Of a stretch of DNA of 64,000 nt, positions 39,601-48,866 are shown in pieces (positions within the stretch are counted from its first letter, which is position 1; each line of letters opens with the position of its first letter). This stretch comes from SAR324 cluster bacterium (GTDB lineage: Bacteria > SAR324 > NAC60-12): positions 25,206 through 89,205 of the forward strand of contig JANQJU010000095.1 of NCBI GenBank assembly GCA_028281495.1, written 5' to 3'. The notes beneath the pieces were generated by a model. That model was given only the letters and a program-made list of their open reading frames with translations, ran no database searches and had not been told where the DNA came from. The position numbers and the translations under genes are program-made.

Positions 39601-40337
39601 GGGGCTAAGGGGGGAGGAGGGAGGCTTAAATGATCTCGGAGCTGGGAATGGGAATTGGGGAAAGGGAGTCTTCCTGTTAGGAGTTCGTAGAAGATACAGC
39701 CAAGAGCATAAAGATCCGTTCTGGCATCCAAAGCAATACAGCGAATTTGTTCTGGCGCTGTATAGCCGGGACTGCCTCCTATGCTGAAGTCTGCTTCCAA
39801 AGCCATCTTATTTGGAGTGCTGTAAAATCGGCAAGTTTGTTCAAAATCAATAATGATGGCTTTTCCAGAAGGTGTGATGAGGATATTTTCTGGTTTGAGA
39901 TCCGCATGCACTAAGCCATATTGGTGCAATTGAGATAATGGATAGCATATCTGACAAATTAGAGTGCAGGCTTCTTGAAAGATGGTGGATTCGAGTTGGT
40001 TTGAGGGTTTGAGGGTTTGCCAAATTTGTTGTTGGTGTTCGCGTAGCGTTTTTCCCTCAACCCAAGAACGGGCAACCCATTGAATGCTTTGAAACATCCC
40101 TTTTTCCACAATGAACAGCTCTTCCGAGACCCTCTCTGATTCTAGAATTTGGATTTCTCGTTGCAGCCCAAGAAACTTTTGAGGATGCGCTTCTTGAGCC
40201 GTCTTTACAATCACTCGTTGTTCTGACGATTTGCAATACCCTCGATAAGTGCTTCCACTGGGGGCTTGGATCAAAGGTTCACTGAGCTCAATAGAACCCA
40301 GGTGGAGCGGAAAATCATGATGAGGAGAAACTGACAT
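36603..40337 (-). CDS. Ser/Thr protein kinase fused to a STAND/AAA ATPase and C-terminal TPR repeats.
   Basis: HADLKPENILI, DFE (DFG-like) and GSPGYTAPE kinase motifs. Walker A LIRGESGMGKT. Long helical-repeat C-terminus. 1244 aa. Confidence 0.65.
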   Translation of the reverse strand: MSVSPHHDFPLHLGSIELSEPLIQAPSGSTYRGYCKSSEQRVIVKTAQEAHPQKFLGLQREIQILESERVSEELFIVEKGMFQSIQWVARSWVEGKTLREHQQQIWQTLKPSNQLESTIFQEACTLICQICYPLSQLHQYGLVHADLKPENILITPSGKAIIIDFEQTCRFYSTPNKMALEADFSIGGSPGYTAPEQIRCIALDARTDLYALGCIFYELLTGRLPFPNSHSQLRDHLSLPPPPLAPEVENLPQPINQLVQSLLAKSMTDRPGYASDVVQQLLPHTSRQFQKEFREMAPAASNYLYRPTFTGRRDLIRALRPFLDPESTQGGAVLIRGESGMGKTFFANELARLFQGRFFHVVRGETVPTTEMMGHQSQFSTNTQPFQAFLKEVVEQCKLDGKEKTQQWLGDQYAVLSLYEPKVKELGKLLEAPDSIWGIDLPTEVLLQEVKHAFAEMLNHYARTTKLVLILDDLQWANELTLSILEWLLPEKLQAMNVLLIGFYRTEEVPSILQALNENKDVVSFQLERLTQNEVSQQLESMLALSQFPPPLVKLLYHESEGNPFYVAEYLRMAVAENWFARTHEGHWQFQPPPQASASSNFQLETPNSIQELLVRRIQALPEAGQIFLHVGSILGRVFEVNLVSVILSQDDVSQDEKDWPPVLEELFQAGILEESQPGRVSFTHDKLRECCTNMISPAQNEHYHQAAATVMESNFKESSDPSLLAPLAHHWLEGGKPETAMGYFGQAGFHARQSLVPKESITYFEKAIAIAQKRKLSHPNQMATWLAGVARSYEDLGDLQQSEHQAIRALAEYGEPIPSSRGEWATLILKQSWRQLNFRLFSSKASQTSNAAPPVTHWKDASLLVSFLSRRYYFSNNMLGMIGSAILAVNLLDRSRATDSGAAHSFLGLVLGSCTLRKLAQYYLDKAETYALTAEGPLGYNDQTFTFVAVGHYLTGVGQWQESQRVIDYLGRLINKDLDPKNYAQYQSTLGALKFFQGQLQETQTIFNEMIEVGQTWNNRQHLAWGLFMSGRSALLKGHPQRAKTYLIQAKTHLEEVQDYASMLICLGLLIQTHMTLEEWESAEEVANHTLELQNQSLPMALTVIDGCLGPLQFYLHRWQTAKLTGHSQELPQWQAKTKNAFGFVKKLALLFPILKPTCLIYQALVLRCSDKEQQAVRILKKSLHWSQHFQMPYPQAQAQTLLAQSSCVESQKCGEYAVQAEHLYQQMGCRPFSFFTHETSSS

Positions 40338-41358
40338 ACATCGTTTGAGGAAAGAACGGAAAAGTTAAGCTGCTCTTAACAAGTTGTCTCTTTTTAGTAG
40401 ACCACAACAGGAAAACGTAAAGGTTCCTCCATCGGGAAAAACAAAAACTCCCAAGCTACCAATAGAAGTCACAAGTCCCTTTTGGAGTGTCGTACCGAGA
40501 TTGTTAGTGGCTGGTCCAAGGTACTGTGACGCTAGTTCGGTGCCGGGGGGAACCATGGATAAATTGTAGCGCTCATGATGGATTCTCCTAAAAATATGTT
40601 CGCCCGAAAGTTAAACTATAAAATTAAGGTTTAAAGAAAAGATTTTACGGTCTGAATTAAGTCTATCTAGGTATGAAAATTGATCGGACTGCGAAGAAAA
40701 TTCAATTCATGGGCTGTAAAAAATGCCTCTCAATAACTATTTGGCTGAGTAGAGTCAGGAATCTCCATAATATATGTAAAAGGAGAATAGGGTGCAACCT
40801 TAATCCTAACAATTCAATAGCACTCAAAAAAATAACGAAAATCATAAAGACGGGTTGAAGTGATGAAAGGGGCTCAGGTGTACTTTTGTGTTAGGATCAG
40901 CATAATTCAACTGAACAACCCAGGAGAAATAGGATTACCGAAACCATTGCAACCCCATCCTCTTTAGGAGCGGGAAGGTGAGCTTCCAATGTTCACATGT
41001 TGAAATAGAATTGTCAGATTATGTACTTGCAATTTATTTGCATTTAACTGAAACTGCCTTCGAAGTATTTAAATTAACGATTTTATCAGCATCGTCGCTA
41101 TGTTGACACGGCAACAAAATGTGAATAGGTCCGTGGATATCGTTATTTCCTTTTTCCCCGCCCTTGTTAGTTCATCACCGTTGCCTGAATGTCCAAGGCC
41201 TTGGACTATCTGACATGAAACGATCCCCCATGAAAATAAACTAGCTTTGTTACCTAGCCTCGAGATGAGCTTAGGAAACCATTGCATGCTGTGATTGGCT
41301 TTACGGATTGCTGTTTAGTTTTCAAATACGCAAATTTATTGCATTTACTATTGTGAAA

Positions 41359-42738
41359 ATGAAAAAGAAAACAATGAAAAAGTATCTGATTGGGGTGACA
41401 GCACTCCTCTGTTTAGTGGTGATTTCCGTGCCTTTGAACGCCCAAGAAAAAAAGCTTTCTTTCAATCCAGAAATCTCAGTGGTGCTGGACCTTGTCTATG
41501 TGGGACGCACCATTGAGGAAGAGGAAGACAATGTGGATGACACCTACGAAGATATGGAACTCCCTGGATTTCAAGGCAGTAACCAAGGGGTGTTCAATCG
41601 AGAAAATGGTGTTTCACTCAATAACGTCGAGTTGGTCTTGTCCAGTCCCGTCGACCCGTATTTTGATATGTTCATCAATTTCCATCTGTTTGAATTCGAA
41701 TTTGAAGTCGAAGAAGCCTTTGTCACCACACGCCGCATTCCTTACGGGTTCCAATTTAAATTAGGAAAATTCAAAAGCGGCTGGGGCCGTATCAATTCTA
41801 TCCATCAACACGAGTGGCCATTTTCTGACACGCCATTGATCATCGCAGCCCTTTTCGGGGAAGAAGGCTTACAAGAGGTGGGTGCTCAAGTGACTTGGAT
41901 AGCTCCCACCGATGTCTTTTTGCAATTGGGCCTGGAAGCTCTAAGGGGAGAGAATTTGAATAGCTTTGGTACCAATGGCTTTACGGTAGGTGACGAGGAA
42001 GTGAACGATGCCACCCAACCCAATGCCTGGGTCGGATATGCCAAGACGTCCTTTGATGTGGGAGAGACTTCAATTCTACTCGGAAGCAGTGTCATGCAAG
42101 GAACCGCTCGTGGGACCGATGATTCGATTGGAGTGATTGAAGAAGAGGGAGAGCATGAACACGGCGTTGCGGTTGATGAGAACGAGTATGAAGCAGAGGA
42201 AAAGGTCGCCAGATATGAGAGTAGTGTCGCTCAGCATGTGCATGGAGGGGGAGACGAAGAGGAAGAGGACAGTGACGATCCGCGTTATGAGATGGACACA
42301 CAGATCTGGGCGGTGGATGTGACGCTTAAGCATTTTTTCGATTCTTACCGCAGTCTCACATGGGTCTCGGAATACATTCAGCGCACCATGAAAGGCGATT
42401 TGTTTCTCGTCGATGGAGACAAGTTGGATTTTGAAAAGACACAAGGGGGGCTGTATTCCCAAGTGGTGTGGCGCTTTGCTCCAGAATGGAGCAGCGGTTT
42501 GCGATATGACCTCATCACGACCAATGATGTTTCAGTGGATAACGAAGACTTAGATTTGGAAAATAACTTAAAGCGAACGTCATGGATGCTGGATTATAAG
42601 CCAACGGAATTTTCGGTGCTCCGCTTTCAGCTCAATCAGGAACATGCCAGGGAACTGGATGGAGAACAAAAACAAGTCAATGATGTGCTGCTTCAGTTCG
42701 ATATGAGCATTGGTGCTCACGGTGCCCATGATTTTTAA
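41359..42738 (+). CDS. Outer-membrane porin-like beta-barrel protein with His- and acidic-rich loops (EEEGEHEHGVAVDENEYEAEE..., HVHGGGDEEEEDSDD).
   Basis: Signal peptide (start chosen at the Met preceding KKKTMKKYLIGVTALLCLVVISVPLNAQ, with upstream in-frame extension discounted). Alternating beta-strand pattern and a C-terminal aromatic residue. Located directly upstream of znuA-like. Confidence 0.4.
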   Translation: MKKKTMKKYLIGVTALLCLVVISVPLNAQEKKLSFNPEISVVLDLVYVGRTIEEEEDNVDDTYEDMELPGFQGSNQGVFNRENGVSLNNVELVLSSPVDPYFDMFINFHLFEFEFEVEEAFVTTRRIPYGFQFKLGKFKSGWGRINSIHQHEWPFSDTPLIIAALFGEEGLQEVGAQVTWIAPTDVFLQLGLEALRGENLNSFGTNGFTVGDEEVNDATQPNAWVGYAKTSFDVGETSILLGSSVMQGTARGTDDSIGVIEEEGEHEHGVAVDENEYEAEEKVARYESSVAQHVHGGGDEEEEDSDDPRYEMDTQIWAVDVTLKHFFDSYRSLTWVSEYIQRTMKGDLFLVDGDKLDFEKTQGGLYSQVVWRFAPEWSSGLRYDLITTNDVSVDNEDLDLENNLKRTSWMLDYKPTEFSVLRFQLNQEHARELDGEQKQVNDVLLQFDMSIGAHGAHDF

Positions 42739-42756
42739 CACCGGACTGTCATCTAT

Positions 42757-43662
42757 TTGGAGAATCGTATGGTGAAATTTGTCATCAGCGCCATTTTGGT
42801 ATGGGGGGCTTTGGCCCAATCCGTTTGGGGCAATTTACAAGTGGTCACGTCCTATCCTTATATTGCTGATTTAGCCCAGCAGATTGGAAAAGATCAGATT
42901 TCAGTAACCGCGTTAGGCTCAGGAAGTTGGGATCCTCACTTTGTTCCTCCCAAGCCGTCATTTATTGCCAAAGTGCGGCGTGCTGATTTGCTGATCATCA
43001 ATGGAGCCGAGAACGAAATTGGTTGGATGCCACCCATTATCAAACGAGCCAATAATCCACAGGTCCAACCAGGCAGTCGTGGGTTTTTAGATTTGTCGGC
43101 TGTTGTGGAATTGATTGATGTCCCCAACAATTTATCAAGAGCGAATGGAGATGTTCACGCGGCGGGGAATCCTCACTTTTATCTCGACCCCCATAATATT
43201 CCAACATTGGTTCAAACGATTACGGAGCGGCTTTGCGAATTGAACCGTTCTGCTTGTCCCATTTACCAGAAAAACCAGCGTGTTTTTCAAGAAACATGGT
43301 CTCAACGATTGGAAGTGTGGGACGCACAAATGAGACCTTTAAAAGGCAGAAAAGTGATCCAATATCACAAAAATTACGATTACTTTTTTAAACGCTACGG
43401 CATTCATTCGATCAATACCTTAGAGCCGCTTCCTGGAATTCCACCGACCACAAAACACTTGGTGAACTTGATTGAACAAGCTCAACAAGAACCAGTGCAT
43501 TCCGTACTTCTGAGTGTGTATCAATCCAAAAAAGCAGCAAATTTTGTTGCTCAAAAATTAGGGACTCCCACCATTGTTTTGCCTCACGACGTGAACTCGT
43601 TAAAAGAGGTCCCCGATATTTTTTCCCTTTTTGACACGCTAGTGCAGAGGATCAGCCAGTGA
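42757..43662 (+). CDS. znuA: ZnuA/TroA-family metal ABC transporter substrate-binding protein.
   Basis: 301 aa with a signal peptide and cluster-9 SBP-like sequence. Followed, with a 4-nt overlap, by the permease gene. Confidence 0.55.
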   Translation: MENRMVKFVISAILVWGALAQSVWGNLQVVTSYPYIADLAQQIGKDQISVTALGSGSWDPHFVPPKPSFIAKVRRADLLIINGAENEIGWMPPIIKRANNPQVQPGSRGFLDLSAVVELIDVPNNLSRANGDVHAAGNPHFYLDPHNIPTLVQTITERLCELNRSACPIYQKNQRVFQETWSQRLEVWDAQMRPLKGRKVIQYHKNYDYFFKRYGIHSINTLEPLPGIPPTTKHLVNLIEQAQQEPVHSVLLSVYQSKKAANFVAQKLGTPTIVLPHDVNSLKEVPDIFSLFDTLVQRISQ

Positions 43663-44417
43663 CGGACATCCTCTTCTCGTCATTTTTATTGTCGGTGGTG
43701 CTAGTCGGAATCCATGCCTATTTTGGGCTGGAAATCATTGAGCGCGGCATCATTTTTACGGATTTGGCGGTTGGACAAATGTCGGCGTTTGGAGCGTCGG
43801 TATCCTTGATGTTTTTTCATGGGCACGGTTTGTACCCTTTTGCATTATCTTTTGCGTTGATTGCCGGCGGTTTGATCGCTTGGGTCTCTCGACGTCCCGC
43901 GATCCATTTGGAAGCCTTCATAGGTTTGCTTTATGCGTTTGGCGTTTCGGGTGTTTTCATGCTGCTGTCTCAATCGGCTCATGGCATGGAGGAATTTCAA
44001 GAACTGATGGCGGCCGACATCCTTTTCACCCCTTTGAACGAAGTCCTTAAGACGGCCGGAATCTACGCAATTTTGGGTATGTTCATTGTTTGGTTCCAAG
44101 CCCGGACCCAAGGATTTCTTAAAGATTTATTTTTTTTCATCACTTTCTCCATCACAGTCACGAGTTCAGTGGAAGTGGTGGGGGTCTTGGTGGTGTTTGC
44201 CCTTCTCATTGCACCGGCATTGCTCGCTAAGCAAATCAGTCGAGGCTACCCGGTGGTCAATGCTTGGCTCATCGGCATTGCCGTGAATCTTTTGGCGGTG
44301 AGCATTTCTTATGCTTGGGATTTTCCTACAGGCTACACCCTCGTTTTTTGCCATGCGTCGATCACGCTCAGCTTGCTTTTGCTAGGCAATTTGCTGCGGC
44401 GATCCAACGCTTTATGA
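43659..44417 (+). CDS. znuB: ABC-3 family metal transporter permease (ZnuB-like).
   Basis: 252 aa polytopic membrane protein with ZnuB-like size and hydropathy. No ATPase gene is adjacent. Confidence 0.5.
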   Translation: MTDILFSSFLLSVVLVGIHAYFGLEIIERGIIFTDLAVGQMSAFGASVSLMFFHGHGLYPFALSFALIAGGLIAWVSRRPAIHLEAFIGLLYAFGVSGVFMLLSQSAHGMEEFQELMAADILFTPLNEVLKTAGIYAILGMFIVWFQARTQGFLKDLFFFITFSITVTSSVEVVGVLVVFALLIAPALLAKQISRGYPVVNAWLIGIAVNLLAVSISYAWDFPTGYTLVFCHASITLSLLLLGNLLRRSNAL

Positions 44418-44467
44418 ATGGTGTTGTAGTCATCACAATTCAATCATTGTTTCAAAAGGAGAACGCT

Positions 44468-45043
44468 ATGAAAAAAATTGGATGGTTTTTGTTGGTCATC
44501 GGGATGTTTTCCCTTATTGCGATCAGTTGCGCCCCAAGAGGCGGTGATGACGATGACGATGACGATAATAATACAGGCATTGGAGTGACGGCTGAACAGT
44601 TGGCTCCTTTTACCGGCTTTTATCAATTTCGCCTCGATGCTGCTGAAAATGCGGAAGTTCTTGAAGAAGCGGGTGGCGATGCGGCCAGTGTCACAACCAT
44701 TTTTGACTTGGAAACCGATGGTGAAATCTTCTTATTTCAAGTCGGTACCGACCAAACCTGTAGCTTCGTTGAAGAGTCGGCCACTTTTTCCATTTCAGAA
44801 GATAACCAAGTCCTCAATATTACTGTGGGTGAAGCCTCGCTCCAAATGACTCTATCCGAAGATAACGCAACTATGACCTTGACTCCGACGAGTGAAGAAG
44901 GAGGGCATGAACATGAAGATGGGGGAGAAGGGGAGTCCATTTTATTAGACCCGTTTGGATTTGATGAAGCCTCGGTTTGGTCCAGACAAGACGACTTGCC
45001 TGAAGCCTGTGAAGCGGTCCATGACCACGATGAGGGCGAATGA
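44468..45043 (+). CDS. His/Asp/Glu-rich lipoprotein, putative periplasmic metal-binding/chaperone protein.
   Basis: Lipobox LIAISC, a GGDDDDDDDNN run, and EEGGHEHEDGGEGE and HDHDEGE at the C-terminus. Start moved to the internal Met with RBS AAAGGAGAA (the listed ORF 44264 begins upstream). Confidence 0.5.
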   Translation: MKKIGWFLLVIGMFSLIAISCAPRGGDDDDDDDNNTGIGVTAEQLAPFTGFYQFRLDAAENAEVLEEAGGDAASVTTIFDLETDGEIFLFQVGTDQTCSFVEESATFSISEDNQVLNITVGEASLQMTLSEDNATMTLTPTSEEGGHEHEDGGEGESILLDPFGFDEASVWSRQDDLPEACEAVHDHDEGE

Positions 45044-45046
45044 AAT

Positions 45047-47569
45047 ATGCTTGCGTCAATCAACGTTCCGCCGTCTGTTTCCAAAGGGCAGGTAGTCCTC
45101 ATTTCAATTCTATTTTGCGCATCTGGCTTCGTGGGCTTGGTGTACCAAGTGCTGTGGATGAAAGAGTTGGGACTGTTGTTTGGAAACTCTTCTCAAGCGG
45201 CAGCCACGACCTTGGTGGCGTTTTTCTTAGGGTTGGCGGTTGGAGGGTATGTTTGGGGCAAGCGTTCCAAAAACATTCGGCATCCACTTCGAACGTACGC
45301 ACTGTTAGAAGTTGGAGTCGTCTGTAGCGCGCTCCTTTATTATGTTTTGTTGGACACCTATTATCTTCTGTACAGTCCCTTGTTTCAAATCGTTGGCGAT
45401 TATCCAACGGTGTTTGTAACGCTCAAATTTGTACTGGCTGTCGTTATTCTCTTTTTGCCCGCCTTTTTTATGGGGGGGACCTTGCCTCTCATGAGTCAGC
45501 ATTTGGTCCGAAATGCCAACTCTTTGGGAAAAACCACTTCTTTGTTGTATGCCGTCAATACGCTTGGAGGCGCATTGGGGGCATACATGGCAGGATTTCA
45601 TTTGCCTCCGTTGATGGGGTTTGATCGAACCTATGTGGTCGCCTTAATCTTGACCGGGGGCGTTGCACTGCTTGCCTGGGTTTTGAGCTATTTTTCGGCA
45701 CCGCCTGCTATTCATCAATCCCCCTCACCTCCTGAAAAACCACCCACCTTGCCACTGATGTCATGGAACTCGATACGAGCTTTGGCGTTTCTTTCAGGTT
45801 TTGTGGCATTGAGCGTCGAAATTTTGTGGACTCGTATGTTTTCGCAAGTGCTTCAGAATTCGGTGTATACGTTCTCCACGGTACTTGTCATTTTTTTGGT
45901 ATCTCTTGCCTTGGGAGCTTGGCTGGCTAGTTTTTTAGCCCGATATGATTTCAACCCCTTGGCCACGATATCGATCCTCCTCCTTTTATCCGCATTGCTC
46001 ATCGGATTAACTCCCTTTTTATTTTCGTGGACAACCAATGGATTGCAGTATTTGGGAGGTAAAAAAGATTGGATCGACTACATGGTAGAAATCTTCCGAC
46101 ACGGCGGTACCGTCATGTTGGTGCCCGGGATTTGCCTGGGCAGCATTTTTCCGTATTTGCTCAAAATGAGCGAGGCTCACCATCAAGCCGCTGGTGAAAC
46201 GGTAGGCCATTTGATAGCAATCAATACCTTGGGAGCAATTGTCGGTTCGGTCAGTGCAGGATTCGTCTTCATGCCGTTGTGGGGTTTATGGAACAGCATT
46301 CGATTGATGGCTGTCATTTATCTGCTCGTGGTCCTTTTTCTTGTACCCCCTAAACCGAGTCGGACCAAACTGTTCCAATGGGCAGCTGCTTTCGGCTTGT
46401 TGCTTTTGATTACGGTTTTTGAGCCATCTTCCGTACCCCTGATTCGAGTGGATCCTGTCAAAAAGAAAGAAGTTCTTTATGAGTATTGGGAAGGGAGCAA
46501 CGGGACGGTCGCCGTCGTAAAACGGAAAAATTCTCTCAAGATCAAAGTCAATAACTATTACAGCTTAGGAGGAACCGGAGCAAAAAAATGGGAAGCCAAG
46601 CAGTCCCATCTGCCTCTCTTAATTCATCCGAATCCAAAATCCGTGTTCTATCTAGGTATGGGAACTGGAATCACCGCAGGGGCCGCATTGAGTCACCCTG
46701 TCGAACGAGTCGTCGTGAGTGAACTAATCCCTGAAGTGGTTGAGGCCGCCGAGAAATACTTTCAGCCTCATCTCAATGGCTTGTTTACCGATCAACGTGC
46801 TTCCATCGTTACCGAAGACGGCCGGAATTATCTATTGGGCACGTCCGAACAATTTGATGTGATCATCGCGGATTTGTTTATTCCGTGGAGAGCGGGTGTG
46901 GGGAGTTTGTATACACAGGAACACTTTGTCACGATCCACCAACATTTGAAAAAAGGGGGGCTGTTTGCCCAATGGTTGCCCTTGTATCAATTGACAGAAG
47001 CCGACTTTGGAGGAATTGCTCGTACCATGCTCGAAGCATTTCCTCAGGTGACGATGTGGCGGGGGGATTTTCTTTCCAGAAAGCCAATTGTAGTCTTGAT
47101 TGGTCATCAAAATGATCAACCCTTTCAACCTTATGATCTTTCACAACGCATGCAACAAGTGGGGGTGGAATTCAAACAAACCCCTGTGGGTCATTTTCCA
47201 TTTTTTTCGCATTATGCGGGGAACCTTTCTAGTGTCAAACATCTCTTTAATTCTTATCTTATCAATACTGATGATTTGCCATTGATTGAATATCAAGCTC
47301 CTATCAGCCATCGTCAGCAAAAAGCCCGTCAATCCCAATGGTTTGTCCAAGAAAAATGGACTCGCTTTGTCGAAACGGTATTGACCCATCATCCTCCTGC
47401 AAACGATCCTTATTTAAAAAACCTCCCGACACAACAATATCGGTTTCCTCACGCAGGACTCTTCCTTCACCAAGCTAAGGTGGCTCAATATCAAGGAAAT
47501 TCAAAGCAATTCACCACGTTGCTCTACCAGTACCACCAGCAGGTGAAGACGCATGAGACCTTGCCTTAA
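45047..47569 (+). CDS. Fused polytopic membrane domain / spermidine-synthase-like (polyamine aminopropyltransferase family) protein.
   Basis: About 430 aa of TM helices, then a spermidine-synthase-like Rossmann domain (VFYLGMGTGITAGAAL...DVIIADLF). 840 aa. Confidence 0.5.
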   Translation: MLASINVPPSVSKGQVVLISILFCASGFVGLVYQVLWMKELGLLFGNSSQAAATTLVAFFLGLAVGGYVWGKRSKNIRHPLRTYALLEVGVVCSALLYYVLLDTYYLLYSPLFQIVGDYPTVFVTLKFVLAVVILFLPAFFMGGTLPLMSQHLVRNANSLGKTTSLLYAVNTLGGALGAYMAGFHLPPLMGFDRTYVVALILTGGVALLAWVLSYFSAPPAIHQSPSPPEKPPTLPLMSWNSIRALAFLSGFVALSVEILWTRMFSQVLQNSVYTFSTVLVIFLVSLALGAWLASFLARYDFNPLATISILLLLSALLIGLTPFLFSWTTNGLQYLGGKKDWIDYMVEIFRHGGTVMLVPGICLGSIFPYLLKMSEAHHQAAGETVGHLIAINTLGAIVGSVSAGFVFMPLWGLWNSIRLMAVIYLLVVLFLVPPKPSRTKLFQWAAAFGLLLLITVFEPSSVPLIRVDPVKKKEVLYEYWEGSNGTVAVVKRKNSLKIKVNNYYSLGGTGAKKWEAKQSHLPLLIHPNPKSVFYLGMGTGITAGAALSHPVERVVVSELIPEVVEAAEKYFQPHLNGLFTDQRASIVTEDGRNYLLGTSEQFDVIIADLFIPWRAGVGSLYTQEHFVTIHQHLKKGGLFAQWLPLYQLTEADFGGIARTMLEAFPQVTMWRGDFLSRKPIVVLIGHQNDQPFQPYDLSQRMQQVGVEFKQTPVGHFPFFSHYAGNLSSVKHLFNSYLINTDDLPLIEYQAPISHRQQKARQSQWFVQEKWTRFVETVLTHHPPANDPYLKNLPTQQYRFPHAGLFLHQAKVAQYQGNSKQFTTLLYQYHQQVKTHETLP

Positions 47570-47712
47570 CAACTCAAGCATTTCTCAAAAGTTTGATCCC
47601 GTTGACGATGACTGTCATCATGGATCCCTTTATACGCGACTATAAAATGAAGATTTTTGTGGTTGCAGTAGGGGGTGTCTAGGAGAGACCAGACTCATGA
47701 TGTTTTAGGGGA

Positions 47713-48615
47713 ATGACGGCGTGGCTTATGCAGATTGACAACATCCATGATGCCATTGTGTTGATCGAAAATCACCTGACAGAACCACTGGTGCTGCAAG
47801 AGGTGGCAAGTCATGCTCGGATGTCGTTTCGGCATTTTCAACGACAATTCAAAGCAATGACGGGGGATTCGGTTAAAGAATATTTACGAGCACGACGGTT
47901 AAGCTCCGCAGCAACGGATCTGGCAACAAGCCAAAAACGTATTTTAGAGATCGCCCTCGATTATCAATTTGAATCCCAAGAAGCCTTCACACGCGCATTT
48001 TCTCAACGATTTTTTCAAACACCGGGAAAATTCCGAAACAGCAGTTTCAGGAATATCCAACTCAATAAAATTCCGTTGACTTATGAAGCGCTCGAACACT
48101 TTCAGCGAGGTCTGACACTATCCCCGACAATCACCACCCTACCTTCGATGAAAGTGGTGGGGTTGAGAGCAACATTACAATCGTTTGGATCACGAACGGA
48201 TCTATCCAATTTACAAAAAGTGGATCGCGTCTATCGAGAATTTGACATCCGAAAGTTTGAAATCCAGAAAGTGATCCTTCCCCAAGGAATGCCCTGGGAT
48301 TATTCGATCAATGCGGTGTGGTATTCCCCAAAGCAACCAAGCGATGAGATGATGTATTTGGTCTGCTTGCAGGTCGAAGACTTTCACAAAATTCCCCAGG
48401 GTATGGAGACCCTCATTCTCCCTCAAGCACGTTATGCTTACTTTCGTCACCACGGACATTTAGATCACAATCTGTACACCACCAATTATGCGATCACGTC
48501 TTGGTTTCCCAAATCGGTCTATCGCCTCGGAAATGCTCCCATCCTAATGTACCACTACCATTTTGCTTCGGGGACAAACGACATCTATTCTGAACATTAT
48601 TATCCTGTTCAGTAA
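47713..48615 (+). CDS. AraC-family transcriptional regulator with a GyrI-like effector-binding domain.
   Basis: N-terminal AraC HTH (...SHARMSFRHFQRQFKAMTGDSVKEYLRARRL...) and a GyrI-like C-terminal half. Confidence 0.55.
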   Translation: MTAWLMQIDNIHDAIVLIENHLTEPLVLQEVASHARMSFRHFQRQFKAMTGDSVKEYLRARRLSSAATDLATSQKRILEIALDYQFESQEAFTRAFSQRFFQTPGKFRNSSFRNIQLNKIPLTYEALEHFQRGLTLSPTITTLPSMKVVGLRATLQSFGSRTDLSNLQKVDRVYREFDIRKFEIQKVILPQGMPWDYSINAVWYSPKQPSDEMMYLVCLQVEDFHKIPQGMETLILPQARYAYFRHHGHLDHNLYTTNYAITSWFPKSVYRLGNAPILMYHYHFASGTNDIYSEHYYPVQ

Positions 48616-48731
48616 TCTCGAAAACCACTCCCACTCGCCTCGTCTTCATTTTGGCATAAAATATCAAAACATCTGATTCGTTCATTGATAGATTACGGCT
48701 ATCGACGCTCCGACTCGCGTGTTTCAGGGGA

Positions 48732-48769
48732 ATCCTGTGAGGATCATTTTATCCTGTGAGGATCATTTT
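48732..48769. promoter_or_regulatory. Two tandem copies of ATCCTGTGAGGATCATTTT, each containing the palindrome ATCCT-gtg-AGGAT. Putative operator upstream of the serine-hydrolase gene.
   Basis: Read directly from the sequence. Located about 100 bp upstream of the 48867 start and downstream of the AraC/GyrI regulator. Confidence 0.45.
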
Positions 48770-48866
48770 TTGTTGTACGAGGAGGCGGTTATTAAAGACC
48801 TGTGGAATGTGGGGTTCTGTTTGTGTGTTTCGTGAATCTTTTATCTATGGACTCGAAAGGGAGAAA

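Noticed and set aside
44264-44467. Upstream extension of the His/Asp-rich lipoprotein ORF (listed start 44264), which overlaps the 3' end of znuB.
   Set aside because: An internal Met at 44468 has a good RBS and is followed directly by a lipobox signal peptide. The upstream part is read-through of the znuB frame region.
48756-48866. Listed start of the serine-hydrolase ORF (MRIIFCCTRRRLL...).
   Set aside because: That start overlaps the tandem palindromic operator. The signal peptide begins at Met 48867, which has a proper RBS.
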